Origin: Squalus acanthias
Taxonomy: Eukaryota
DNA length: 64,000 nt
Assembly (NCBI GenBank): GCA_030390025.1
Contig: CM059437.1
Location: forward strand, 53,072,001 to 53,136,000
Direction of reading: 5' to 3'
A model generated the notes under the pieces. That model had not been told where the DNA came from. It was given only the letters and a program-made list of their open reading frames with translations, and ran no database searches. The position numbers were made by a program, and so were the translations under genes. How positions within the stretch are numbered: the first letter of the stretch is position 1; the number at the start of each line of letters is the position of its first letter. Shown here piece after piece: positions 50,691 to 61,625 of this stretch.

Positions 50691-52127
50691 ATTTTCTTCC
50701 TAAATCACAGCAATGTAATCTAAAACTAAACACATCGTTTGACTCGAATGGCCAGACCCTTTACCGTCAATTTGACGTCTTTCTATGGAACAAACGGAAA
50801 ATCTCTATTCCCTGTATCAAACTGGGTAAAACCTCTCTTTACAAAAGGATTTACTATTTCATTATATTTAGTACACCGAGGAAATGTTCTCACATAGGGA
50901 GCAAATTAACGTTTAATTTCTGAAGAATAATGATCTTTAAATATTGACTAACATGTGGTTGTAAAATAACTCGAGGATGATGTTCACATACGGGGCAGTA
51001 AAATGTTTGCTACCTTGAAGAATATTACATTAACAATATGTAAATCTGGAAAAATATCCTTTACGCCGTTTCTGCCAATGGTCCCTCAAGAAATTCGGGG
51101 GGAAATTCAGTTTAAATCCTTTCCCTTTGTTTACCATGCTAAGATTTGCATACAGACCTATAACTTTTGGTTGAAATCAAAATTATTTTGTGACACCGAA
51201 GCCAAATGCAGAAAACAGATGATTCCAACAGTATTCTAGTTAATAGCTTTACGGTATGAATGGGCGTCAATCCAGCCTCTCCATATCAGGTATTGCATGT
51301 ACCTGTGCATACGTGCACTCAAATTATATATAAATTCGCAACCGTAAAATCTCAGCAGACAATTATATATCGAAATATCAACAAGCAAAAAACAACGGAA
51401 TGTTGCTGACTTCAGATTAAGGTATAGAAGAGTTTTCTCTCTGAGCTCTAGATGTAATGAAATCACAACCCTCTGTTTACAAAAGAAATTCTTTGCACAT
51501 ATCGAACCTTTCACGGTGAGAAATACTACCTGTTATCGAAAGTATGTCTTGAGCTCGGTGTTATTTTGGAATATTGGACAAGCTCCTGGTGATTATTACC
51601 CTCCTCATACGAAATTAACATCTGTTAAAATTTCTCAGTGCACCAGAAATTAAGGGAGGCACCGATATGATTTCTCTCTCTCGCACTCTCTATCTATCTA
51701 CCCCTCTCTATTTCTCTTTGTCTTTATCTCTGTCTCTATCTATCTATCTACCTATCTCTCCGGCTGTCTCTTTGACTCGCTCTGTTTTTGCATATTTGCT
51801 ATTTGTCCGACATTTTTAATGATGTTTTTAAACACCGATTTTTACAATCTATGAAGTGCTTCTATTGTTCACTATCTCGACTCCAAGGGTGAAACTAATC
51901 ATACAATAAATGTCATTGTTTCCTTTATGGTTTGAAAATGTGATTGTTTTATGTCCCTAATAAACCAATCACCCGATTAAACCTTGGTTGTAACCTACAG
52001 CACCAATTATTTCATCTACCTCATATTATATTAATAATCCAAATGAGAATGCGTTTGACTATTTGTTGCATAAAAGAAAAAAAGAAAATTTCCATTGAAC
52101 AGAATGAATCTAGTAAAAGTTACTTAC

Positions 52128-52469
52128 TCAGAACAGTCAGCTTGGTGCCTCCGCCGAAGCCGTTGGTCCACCAACCACAATAATAATCGGCGCCGTCCTC
52201 GGGTTGTACACCGCTGATGGTTAAATATGCGGCGTTGTTTGACGATTCACTCCTTCCAGAGACTCGATCAGGAATCCCGGAACCCTTAACCTCACGGCGA
52301 AGATCATGATAGAGTAGAAATCGCGGAGCATTCCCGGGTTTCTGCTGGTACCATCCTACGTCACTCTTTCCCAAATTACCCCCAGACACGCTGCAGCTTA
52401 TTTTCACCGCTCCTTGCGGCGCGATGGATAACGATTGCGGTTGAGTTAATGTAATCAGTGCGTTTGAAC
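52128..52469 (-). CDS. IGLV: Germline-joined VJ exon of IgL cluster B, open and in frame
   Basis: LITLTQP...C...WYQQKPGNAPRFLLY...[20 protein letters not shown]. 342 nt, phase 1 at both ends, AG acceptor and GTAAGT donor. No RSS. Confidence 0.96.
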
Positions 52470-52591
52470 CTATAAAAAGATGGAGCAATATTTGAGGCTG
52501 GGCTTCATATGATTAATATCGCCACTTTATATCTCTATACAACAAAAGATTATTCACAATGAATCCAACGAAAAGCTTGCTGAATACTTAC

Positions 52592-52640
52592 AGACTGCGC
52601 AAATTATCAGCGTTGTGATGACACGCACCCACTCGGACAT
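52592..52640 (-). CDS. IgL leader exon, cluster B (MSEWVRVITTLIICAV)
   Basis: 49-nt ATG exon with a GTAAGT donor. Confidence 0.9.
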
Positions 52641-52712
52641 CGTGAATTCAGTTAGGCTCAGAAACCTCGGCAGTTTGCAGGCAGAAGATTTCAATGTTTA
52701 CCAGGCTCCCCT

Positions 52713-52825
52713 TCTCTTATCAATGTTATGAATGAGGGCGTATTACCACGTGTTCCTTAATGATGCAAATAACCGTGACGTTACGAATCCCAATTGAACA
52801 TCTATGATCGGGCCTCCACGTCACA
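52713..52825 (-). promoter_or_regulatory. IgL V promoter B with octamer (52763-52770), E-box and CRE-like sites
   Basis: ATTTGCAT on the coding strand. CACGTG and TGACGT are conserved with promoter A. Confidence 0.85.
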
Positions 52826-55500
52826 AGACTTCCAAACTGGAGAAGAGGACATTGGAAAACAGAACCGAACTATAGTGTGATGTTGCACATCACGCGCATG
52901 ACTTATTGATATGTACGGTAACCTGTTGAAATTTATAATTGTGCAAACAGCATAAAGAAGTCATTATTTTTGACAAATTCACTAAGGTATATATTTTTAA
53001 TCTTTCCTTTTACGCTTGTCAGATGTACGCATTAGGAAGCAACTTTAATCGATATTTGCGCCCCTGTAAAGGCAGTGCTGTTCTAACTGTGCAATGTATA
53101 ACTACAACCTTCATACACTTAGAGATCCTTCCGTAGAAATTCAGATACAACTCTACAAAGTATAGCTTGATGATATATAATCTTTAAAATGAATTAACTT
53201 CTTATGAATAACTCAAAGATGTTAGCACACTGCGGTTTATTTGAGCCTTCACTACCAGGTGCACTTACGCGAGAATATCTTAAAGTGAAAGCTTTAATCT
53301 AATTTATACCACATATTAATAACTATTTTCTTCAATACAAACATCAGATAATTTAGCAGGAAAAAAATATATTTTGACACTGACATTATTTTTCTTTTAA
53401 ATATTCCAACAATTGGCTTATTTTTGAGATTGTTATACTTTGTGCGATTTGAAATTACATCGAAATGAAATCATTCGTATTAGGATGGAGAAATGGGCAG
53501 ATACATGGTAGATTACATTTAACGCAGCCAAGTGTGAAGTTATTCATTTATGTAGGAAGTATAAGGAGACGCAATAGAAACTAAATGGTACAAATTTAAA
53601 GCGGGTGCAGGAACAGAGAGAGCTGGGGATGTATTTATACAAGTCTTTGAAGGTGGCGGGACAAGTTGAAAAGGCTATTAAAAAGACATACGGGATTATT
53701 GGCTTCAGAAATAGAGGCATAGAGTACAAAATCGAGGGAGTATAAAATACTGGTGGACCCAGATGGAATATTGTGGCCAATTCTGTGCACCACAGTTTAG
53801 GAAAAATGTCAAGGCCTTAGAGTAGGTGCAGTGGAGGCTTAATAGAATGGCGCCAGGGATGAAAGACTTCAATTACGTGGAGTGACTTGAGAAACCGGTG
53901 TTGTTCGCCTTAGAGCAGAGAAGGTTAAGCGGGATTTGATAGAAGTGCTCAAAATCATGAAGGGTTTTTATACAGTAATTAAGGAGAAACTGTATCCAGT
54001 GGCAGAAGGGTCGGTAACCAGAGGACTCAAATTTAAAGTAATTGGCAAAAGAACTAGAGGTGACATGAGAAAGAAAAATCACGTAGCAAGCTGTTATAAT
54101 CTGGAATGCACTGCCTGAAAGGGTGGTGGAAGCAGATTCAATAGTAACTTTCAAGATGGAATTGGAGAAAAACTTGAAGTGGGAATATGTGCAGGGCTAT
54201 GGCCTCCTTCTTTGCTGTATCATTCTGTAATCGTCTAAAACCACAGGTTTCTTTACATAACGGCTTCATTCAACTCATTCGAGTCCCCTGGTTACAGAAT
54301 TTGTCACACAAGTATCTTTGCCTTTATTGGTTGATTCACCCTTAAGGCGGAAGCTTCCATGCCAATCAACCGGCTGAAAGCAAAACAAAAGCATTATTCA
54401 GTTCACACTGCCGTTTCTTCTTATTAGCACCTGTTTACATCTTTACAGTTTATTTCAATATGCATATCACAAATATATCTGAATCTGCAGAGAATTGCAC
54501 ATTGAAAATGCAGATCTGAGGTATACGTTTGTTGCAGCAGGATTAAAAAACAATTATAATAATGTACACATCCTGCGAATATTTCCCAGATTTAGACCCT
54601 ATGGTATTTTGCTTGTACGTTAATTGTTATACCAGAAATGTAACCTCACACAGACCCGCTTTATACAAAAAGTATCAGCAGCTACAACTATGTCCACCGA
54701 CCATTAATAAAGCAGTACCTCGCATGGGTATCACCATTCGAAACTTTATGTGAGGCATGAGAGGTTCATAGGTCTTTCTTTATCACCTGTCAATTATCCT
54801 ATGAACACCTGGAACAACTGTTATCATTGCCGTTCGGTTAACAATTGGATGAGGATGAATTAGACATTCGCTTTTACCTTTAATTTATCATAAATTGGGT
54901 AACTAATCAATATGGGTAGTACGTTTCAGGTTTTTCTTTCAGCCAATTTTACACAGAAAGGATTCAATATATAAAGCCAAGTGTAGCCATACAAGTTTAA
55001 AAAATAAGGGATGGTAATCGATATGGTAATATCTAGTCTTTAAGATTGCATTCCCCAAAGATCATAGACAACAAACAATTCTTTAGCCTATATCTGCAAT
55101 CAATACAAACCTCACACCCACTGTGTTGGGAAAGTTCTGGTCCAGAGTGCCTAAAAGCGGTTGTCTGATCTTGCCCTTCCAACTGTTAACTTGGATTTAG
55201 ATAACACAGAAACAGATACTGATATTCAAATTCTTTAACCGAACGTTGTGATGGAAAACTTTCACCTGGAATAAACGGTTGAAATGCAGGAAGACAGGTA
55301 GAAGTCATTTTGCTTAAGTCAAGCAGTATTATAACAAGAAGAAATGTTGTGCTGATTAAATCAAGTGAGACTGATCCTCACTGTTACACTGTATGTTCGC
55401 TTTCCATCAAATAAAATAGTATATGAATTTGTTTCTGCTCTCATCTTTTTTCTTTGTTCTCTGGATATGGCCATCGCTGGCAAGGCTAGCATTTATTGCC

Positions 55501-57805
55501 AAACAACAACAACTTGCAATTATATAGCGCCTTTAACGTAGTAAAACGTCAAAAGACGCTTCACTAGAGCTTTATCAAACAATATTTGACACCTAGCCAC
55601 ATAAGGAGAAATTAGGACAACTGACCAAAAGCTTGATCAAAGAGGTAGGTTTTAAATGAGGAGAGAGAGGGATGGAGGGGTAGAAGTTTCGGGAGGGAAT
55701 TCCAGTGCTTGGGGCCTAGGCAGCTAAAGGTACGGCCGCCAATAGCAGAGCGATTAAAATCTAGAGGTAGAGCAATAGGCCAGAATTTAAGGAGGGAATT
55801 CCAGAGCTTAGAGCCTAGGGAGCTGGAGGCATAGTTGGCAGTGGTGGGGCGATGGAAATCGTGGATGCACAAGAGGCCAGAACTTGGGAGTGCAGAAATC
55901 TCGGATGATTGTCGGGCTGGAGGAGGTTACAGAGATTGGGAGGGGCGAGGCCATGGAGAGATTTGGAAACTAGAATCAGAATTTTAAAATAGAGGCGTTG
56001 CCACACCGGGAGCCAATGTAAGTCAGCAAGCACAAAGGTAATGCGTGAATGGGACTTTGTGCAAGTTCGGATATGAGCAGCAGAGTTTCGGTGGAGCTCA
56101 AGTATATGGATGGTGGAAGATGGGAGGCCAACCAGAAGAGTATTGCAATAGTCAAGTAGAGTGGTAACAAAGGCAAGTATGACAGTTTAGCAGCAGATGA
56201 ACTGAGGTGAGGTGGAGTCAGGCAATGTTACAGAGGTGGAAGTAGGCGGTTTTGGTGATGGAGTGGATATGTGGTCATCTCACGGTCAACTGATACACCA
56301 AGGATGCGAATGGTCTGGCTTAGCCTCAGACAGTTGCCAGGGAGATTGCTGGAGTCGGTGGCTAGGGAATGGAGTTTGTGGCGGGGATCGAAGACAATCT
56401 TTTTGAGTCTTCCCAAGTTTTAGTTGGAGGAAATTTCTGTTCCTCCACTACTAGATGTCGGACAAGCAGTGTGATAATTTAGAGACAGTGGAGGGGTCGA
56501 GAGAGCTGGTGGTGAGGTAGAGCTAGCTGTCATCAGTGTACATGTGGAACCTGACATTGGCCCATATTTTCCGATGCCTACGGGTGTGTACGAGCTGTGT
56601 ACACACTCTTAGAATCCTCTTGACAGATCGCACGCCTGCCCTGGAGAAGGGCCTCTACGGGTGGAGTGTTCCGCTTTCTGCAGGACCTCCGCCCGCTGAA
56701 ATCCCTTAAAAATCTTACGCCTGGTAAAAGCTTTTACCAGCAAAAGAGATTAAAAAGTAAAAAAAAAATTCACGCATTTATAATGTAAAAATACTTTTTA
56801 AAAAGGTAAGTTTCTTTTTAGCCCCGTAAAAATCTTAAATTTTTTTTTCAAAAAATTAAATTTGTGTTTAAAATATTTAATTTCATGTAATTTTAACTCA
56901 TTTTAAAAAAGTGATTCTTTTTTTAATTTATTTAATGGTCTACCTGTCAAAAGAATGAAGGGGGATTCCCTTCTCCATTGACTCGCCTGGCCCACGTGAT
57001 CCCATGGAACGCTTGCAAACTGCCTGCGCTCCTGGGATCCCTGGGCCTTGGCGCGTGCACACCACGAGTGGCCCAGGAGTGGAAGAGTCCAGACGTCGGG
57101 AGCCCTCAGGTAAGGGCGTAGTTGTTTTCCCGATAGGAGGCATCCGCACGCAGGATGCTTCCTGTCGGAAATTACAGGCCAATTTTCGTATGATGTTGCC
57201 AAGGGGCAGCATGGAGATGAGAAATGGTAGGGAACCAAGCATAGACCTTTGGGGGACTCCAGAGGTAACGGTGCAGGACCAGGAAAAGAAGCCATTAGAG
57301 GTGATTCTCTGGCTACGAATTGAGAGATAAGAATGGAACAAGGCGAGGGCAGCTCGGCGATGGAGGAGAGGCATTGGAGGAGGATGGTGTGGTCAATCAT
57401 GTCAAACACTGCAGAAAGATCGAGAACGATGAGGAGGGATAGGTTAACATGATTACAATCATATAGGCAGTAATTTATGACTTTCATAACGTTCTGTTTC
57501 AGTACGGTGGCGGGGCGGAACCCTGTTTGGAGGGATTCAAACATGCATAATCGGGAAAAATGGGCACAGATTTGCGAGGTAAAAAGAGAGATTGGAGATG
57601 GGGGTGGTCGTTTGGAAGGACAGAGGGATCCAGGGTGGGGCTTTTTTCAGGTGATTGGAGTTGACAGCAGATTTGGAGGCGGGGGATGGGGGGAGGACAG
57701 TACCTGAGGAGAGGAAACCTTTGACAATATTTGGCTAATATAGGGGCCAGGAAGGAAGGTTTGATAGGAATAGAGACAAGAGAGCAGGAGGTGAGTCTCA
57801 TGAAA
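55501..57805 (-). mobile_element. L2 LINE remnant with a nested MITE
   Basis: LDLSAVFDMIDHTILL, GVPQRSMLG, LHWLPV...FKILILV, and a (TTG)n tail at 55501. Confidence 0.85.
56559..57180. mobile_element. Harbinger-derived MITE
   Basis: TIRs GGCCCATATTTTCCGA and TCGGAAATTACAGGCC. The first 55 nt or so resemble the reverse complement of the Harbinger right end. Confidence 0.85.
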
Positions 57806-57814
57806 TATGATAGG

Positions 57815-59790
57815 GCATAGAATTAAATGGTTACAGCACAGAAGGAAGCCATTCGGTCCGTCGAGCCCATGCCAGCTCTCTACAAGAGCACTTTAGCTAG
57901 TCCCACTTCCCCGCCCTTTCCTCGTACCACTGCAAACTTCTTTCCTTCAGTTATTTATGCAAGTCCCTTTTGAAAGCCACGATTGAATCTGCCTCCACGA
58001 CCCTCTCAGGCAGTGCATTCCAGATCAGAACCATTCGCTGTGTAAAAAAGTTTTTCCTCATGTCGCCTTTCGTTCTTCTGCCAATCACCTTAAATCTGTG
58101 TCCTCTGGTTCTTGTCCCTTTCGACAATTGGAACAGTTTCTCTCTATCTACTCTGTCTAAACCACTCATGATTTTGAACGAAACTCCTCTCAACCTTCTT
58201 TGCTCGAGGAAGAACAACCCCAGCTTCTCCAGTCTATCCACATAATTGAAGTCCCACATCCCTGGAACCATTCTTGTACATCTTTTCTGCATCCTCTCCA
58301 AGGCTTTCACATCCTTCCTAAAGTGCGTTGCCCAGAATTGGACACAATACCCCAGTTGAGGCCGAGCCAGTGTGTTAGAAATGTTCAACATAAATTCCTT
58401 GCTCTTGTACTCTGTGACTCTATTTATGAAGCCCAGGACCCCGTATGCTTTTTAATTGCTTTCTAAAACTGCATTACCACTTTCAACGAGTTGTGCACAT
58501 ATGCCCGCAGGTCTCTCTGTTCATGCAGCCCCTTTAGAACTGTATGCTTCAGTTTATATTGCCTCTCCTCATTCTTCCTAACAGAATGCATCACTTTGCA
58601 CTTTTCTGCGTTAAATTGCATCTGGCACGTGTCCGCACATTCCACCAACCTGTCTATGTCCTCTTGAAGTCGATCACTATGCTCCTCACTGTTCACTATA
58701 CTTCCAAGTTTTGTATCCTATCCAGTATCTCAACTACCTCCTCTTTCACTATGACATTGGCAGCATCCTATTCCTTGGTAAAGACTGATGCAAAGTGTTC
58801 ATTTATTACCTCAGCCATGCCCGCTGCCTCCATGTGTAGGTCTCCATTTGGTCCCTAATTGGCTCCACCTCTCCTCTTACTACCCGTTTATTATTTCTTT
58901 GCCTATAGAAGACTTTTGGATTCCCTTTTATGTTAGCTGCCAATCTATTCACATACTCTCTCTTTGCCCCTGGTATTTCCTTTTTCACTTCCCCTCTGAA
59001 CTTTCTATATTCAACCTGGTTCTCACTTGTATTCTCAATCTGACATCTGTCATACCGCCCCTTTTTCTGCTTCATCATACTCTATCTCTTTCGTCATCCA
59101 GGGAGCTCTGACTTTGGTTGCTCTACCTTACCCCTTGTGGGAATGTACCTCGATGATACCCAACCTATCTCCTCTTTAAAGGCAGCCCATTGTTCGATTA
59201 TAGATTTGCCTGCTAATTTTTGATTCCGATTTACCCGAGCCAGATCCATTCTCAACCCTCTGAAATTTGCCGTCCTCCAATTAAGTAGTTTTACTCTAGA
59301 TTGCTCCCTGTCCTTTTCCATAGCTAATCTAAACGTTATGATACTATTATCACTGTTCCCTAAATGTTCCCCTACTGACACTTGCTCCACTTGACCCACC
59401 TCATGCCCCAGAACCAGTTCCAGCAATGCCTCCTTCCACATTGGGTCAGAAATGTCCTGACCAAGGAAGTGCTCCTGAACACATTTCAGAAATTCGTCCC
59501 CCTCTCTGCCCTTTACACTATTACTATCCCAGTCTATATTAGGATAGTTGAAGTCTCCCATTATCTCTACTTTATAGTTGTTACACCTCTCTGATATTTC
59601 CCTGCAAATTTGCTCCTCTATATCCTTCCCACTAGTTGGTGGCCGAAAGAATACACCTAGTAGTGAAAAGGCACCTCTGTTGTTTCTTAACTCTAACCAA
59701 ATAGATTCTGTCCTTGACCCCTCCAGGATATCCGCTCTCTCCAGCACTGTAATATTCTCCTTAATCAATACTGCCACCCCACATCCTTTC
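57815..59790 (-). mobile_element. CR1 LINE, internally deleted
   Basis: ORF 59094-59777 (APE), plus 58806-59078, 58463-58696 and 57951-58391. Confidence 0.88.
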
Positions 59791-61409
59791 TTTCAATGTG
59801 GGAGGATAGTTGAGCAACTAGTAAAATATGCGAGTTCTGGGGTAAGGCAGGGCGGAACCTAAGGGGAAGTTTGGCCCGGTGGGCTAGGGGAAGGCAGCGA
59901 AGCGGCAGAGGCATCTGAATGCATGGTCTCAATCTTAGTGACTAAGAAGTCCATCAGCTCCTCGCTCTTGTCGTTGAAGATGAAGGTGGAGGAGGCAGAG
60001 GAGTGTGGTCTAAGAAAGCACTTGGAGTGTAGGATGGGGCAATTTTTGTTGCTGCTCATAAGGAGACAGCGAAGAGTGCCTCGATGGGCTCTTTAGAGGG
60101 TGCCAAGAGAGGCACAGAGAATACCTGTAGGCTTATCTAAAAGGGTGTCAAGGCTGGGATGTCGGCAGGAGAGTAGCCATTTCGTGGAGTCCTGAAGGGT
60201 TGGGTAGGCATTTGGGAGGACTGAGTATCAGAGAAGGGAGGAATTAAGGAAGGCACGATGACAGGAGAAAGGGGCCTAAGAGGGGTAAACAGAAAAGAAG
60301 TAAAAATGGGGAGGAAAAAAGGGGAAATATAAGTGATTGGCTCGGGACCGGAGCAGCAGCCCGTCCACAAAAGGCAGGACAAATCCAATCCAGCCAATTA
60401 CCAGCCCAGGAGTCTACTCTCAATCATCAGCAAAGTGGTGGAAAGGGTCATTGACTGTGCTACCAGGCGCCACTTACTCACCAAAGACCTGCTCACCGAT
60501 GCACTGTATGGTTCCGCCAGGACCACTCTGCTCCCGACCTCAGTACAGCCTTGGTCCAACCATGGGCAAAAGAGCTGACTTTCAGAGGTGAGGTGCGAGT
60601 GACTGCCCTTACATCAAGGCAGCATTTGACCGAGAGTGGCATCAAGGAGTCCTAGTAAACTTGAAGTCAATGGGAATCAGGGGCAACGTTCTACACTGGC
60701 TGGAGTCATATCTAGCACAAAGGAAGATGGGTGTGGTTTTTGAAGGCCAACAGCCCCAGGAAATCACTGCAGGAGTTCCTCAAAGCAGTGTCCTAGGCCC
60801 AACCATCTTCAGCTGCTTCATCAATGACCTTCCTTCCATCATAACATCAGCCGTGTGGATGTTCGCGGATAATTGCACAGTGTTCAGTTCCATTCACAGC
60901 TCCTCAGATAATGAAGCAGTTCATGCCCGCATTCAACAAGACCTGGACGGCATTCAGGCTTGGGCTGATAACTGGCAAGTAACATTCGTGCCACACAAAT
61001 GCCAGGCAATGGCTATCTCCAGCAAGAGTACGTCTAACCACCGCCCATTGACAGTCAACGGCATTACCATCGCCGAAACCCCCACCATCAATACCCTGGG
61101 GTTCACCGTTGACCAGAAACTAAACTGGACCAGTCAAATAAATACTGTAGCTACAAGAGCAGGTCAGAGGCTGGGAATTCTGCGACGAGTGTCTCACATC
61201 CTGACTCCCCAGAGACTTTCCACCATCTAATAAGCACAAGTCAGAAGTGTGATGGAATACTCTCCACTTGCCTGGATGAGTGCAGCTCCAACAAGACTCA
61301 AGCAGCTCGACACCATCCAGGATAAAGCAGCCCACTTGATTGGCACCCAATTCCCCACCTGAAACATTCACTCCCTCCACCACCACCGCACCGTGTCTAC
61401 TGTGTGTAC
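59383..61409 (+). repeat. Direct paralog of window positions 1-2036
   Basis: Same CR1/L2/LINE mosaic with identical junctions, at an offset of about 59.4 kb. Confidence 0.95.
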
Positions 61410-61603
61410 TGTCGTAAGAATGAGCCTTATGCGTGGTGAACTTAAAGTAAGCTTTAATCAACTAAAAAGGTGCTACATACAAAAGAGGTCTTACTCTATG
61501 CCTCTCCAGGATCCAACTGATCAGTTCAGTATTTATCCTGGACTAATCACAGGAAGTGATGCAATAAAGTTCGAGTCACAGGAAGCTGTATTGTGTTACC
61601 ACA
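61410..61603 (-). repeat. 3' LTR (194 bp) of a Gypsy element, preceded by a polypurine tract (61604-61619)
   Basis: The minus strand reads a G-rich tract ending GGAGAA, then TGTGGTAAC...CTTACGACA. It interrupts the LINE exactly after GTGTGTAC. Confidence 0.9.
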
Positions 61604-61625
61604 TTCTCCCCCCCCGCCCAAAAGA

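Larger units (their letters stand above)
47595..55500. repeat. Segmental duplication unit carrying IgL cluster B
   Basis: Collinear with 28790-35545, plus private L2 and CR1 insertions in the J-C intron. Confidence 0.95.
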
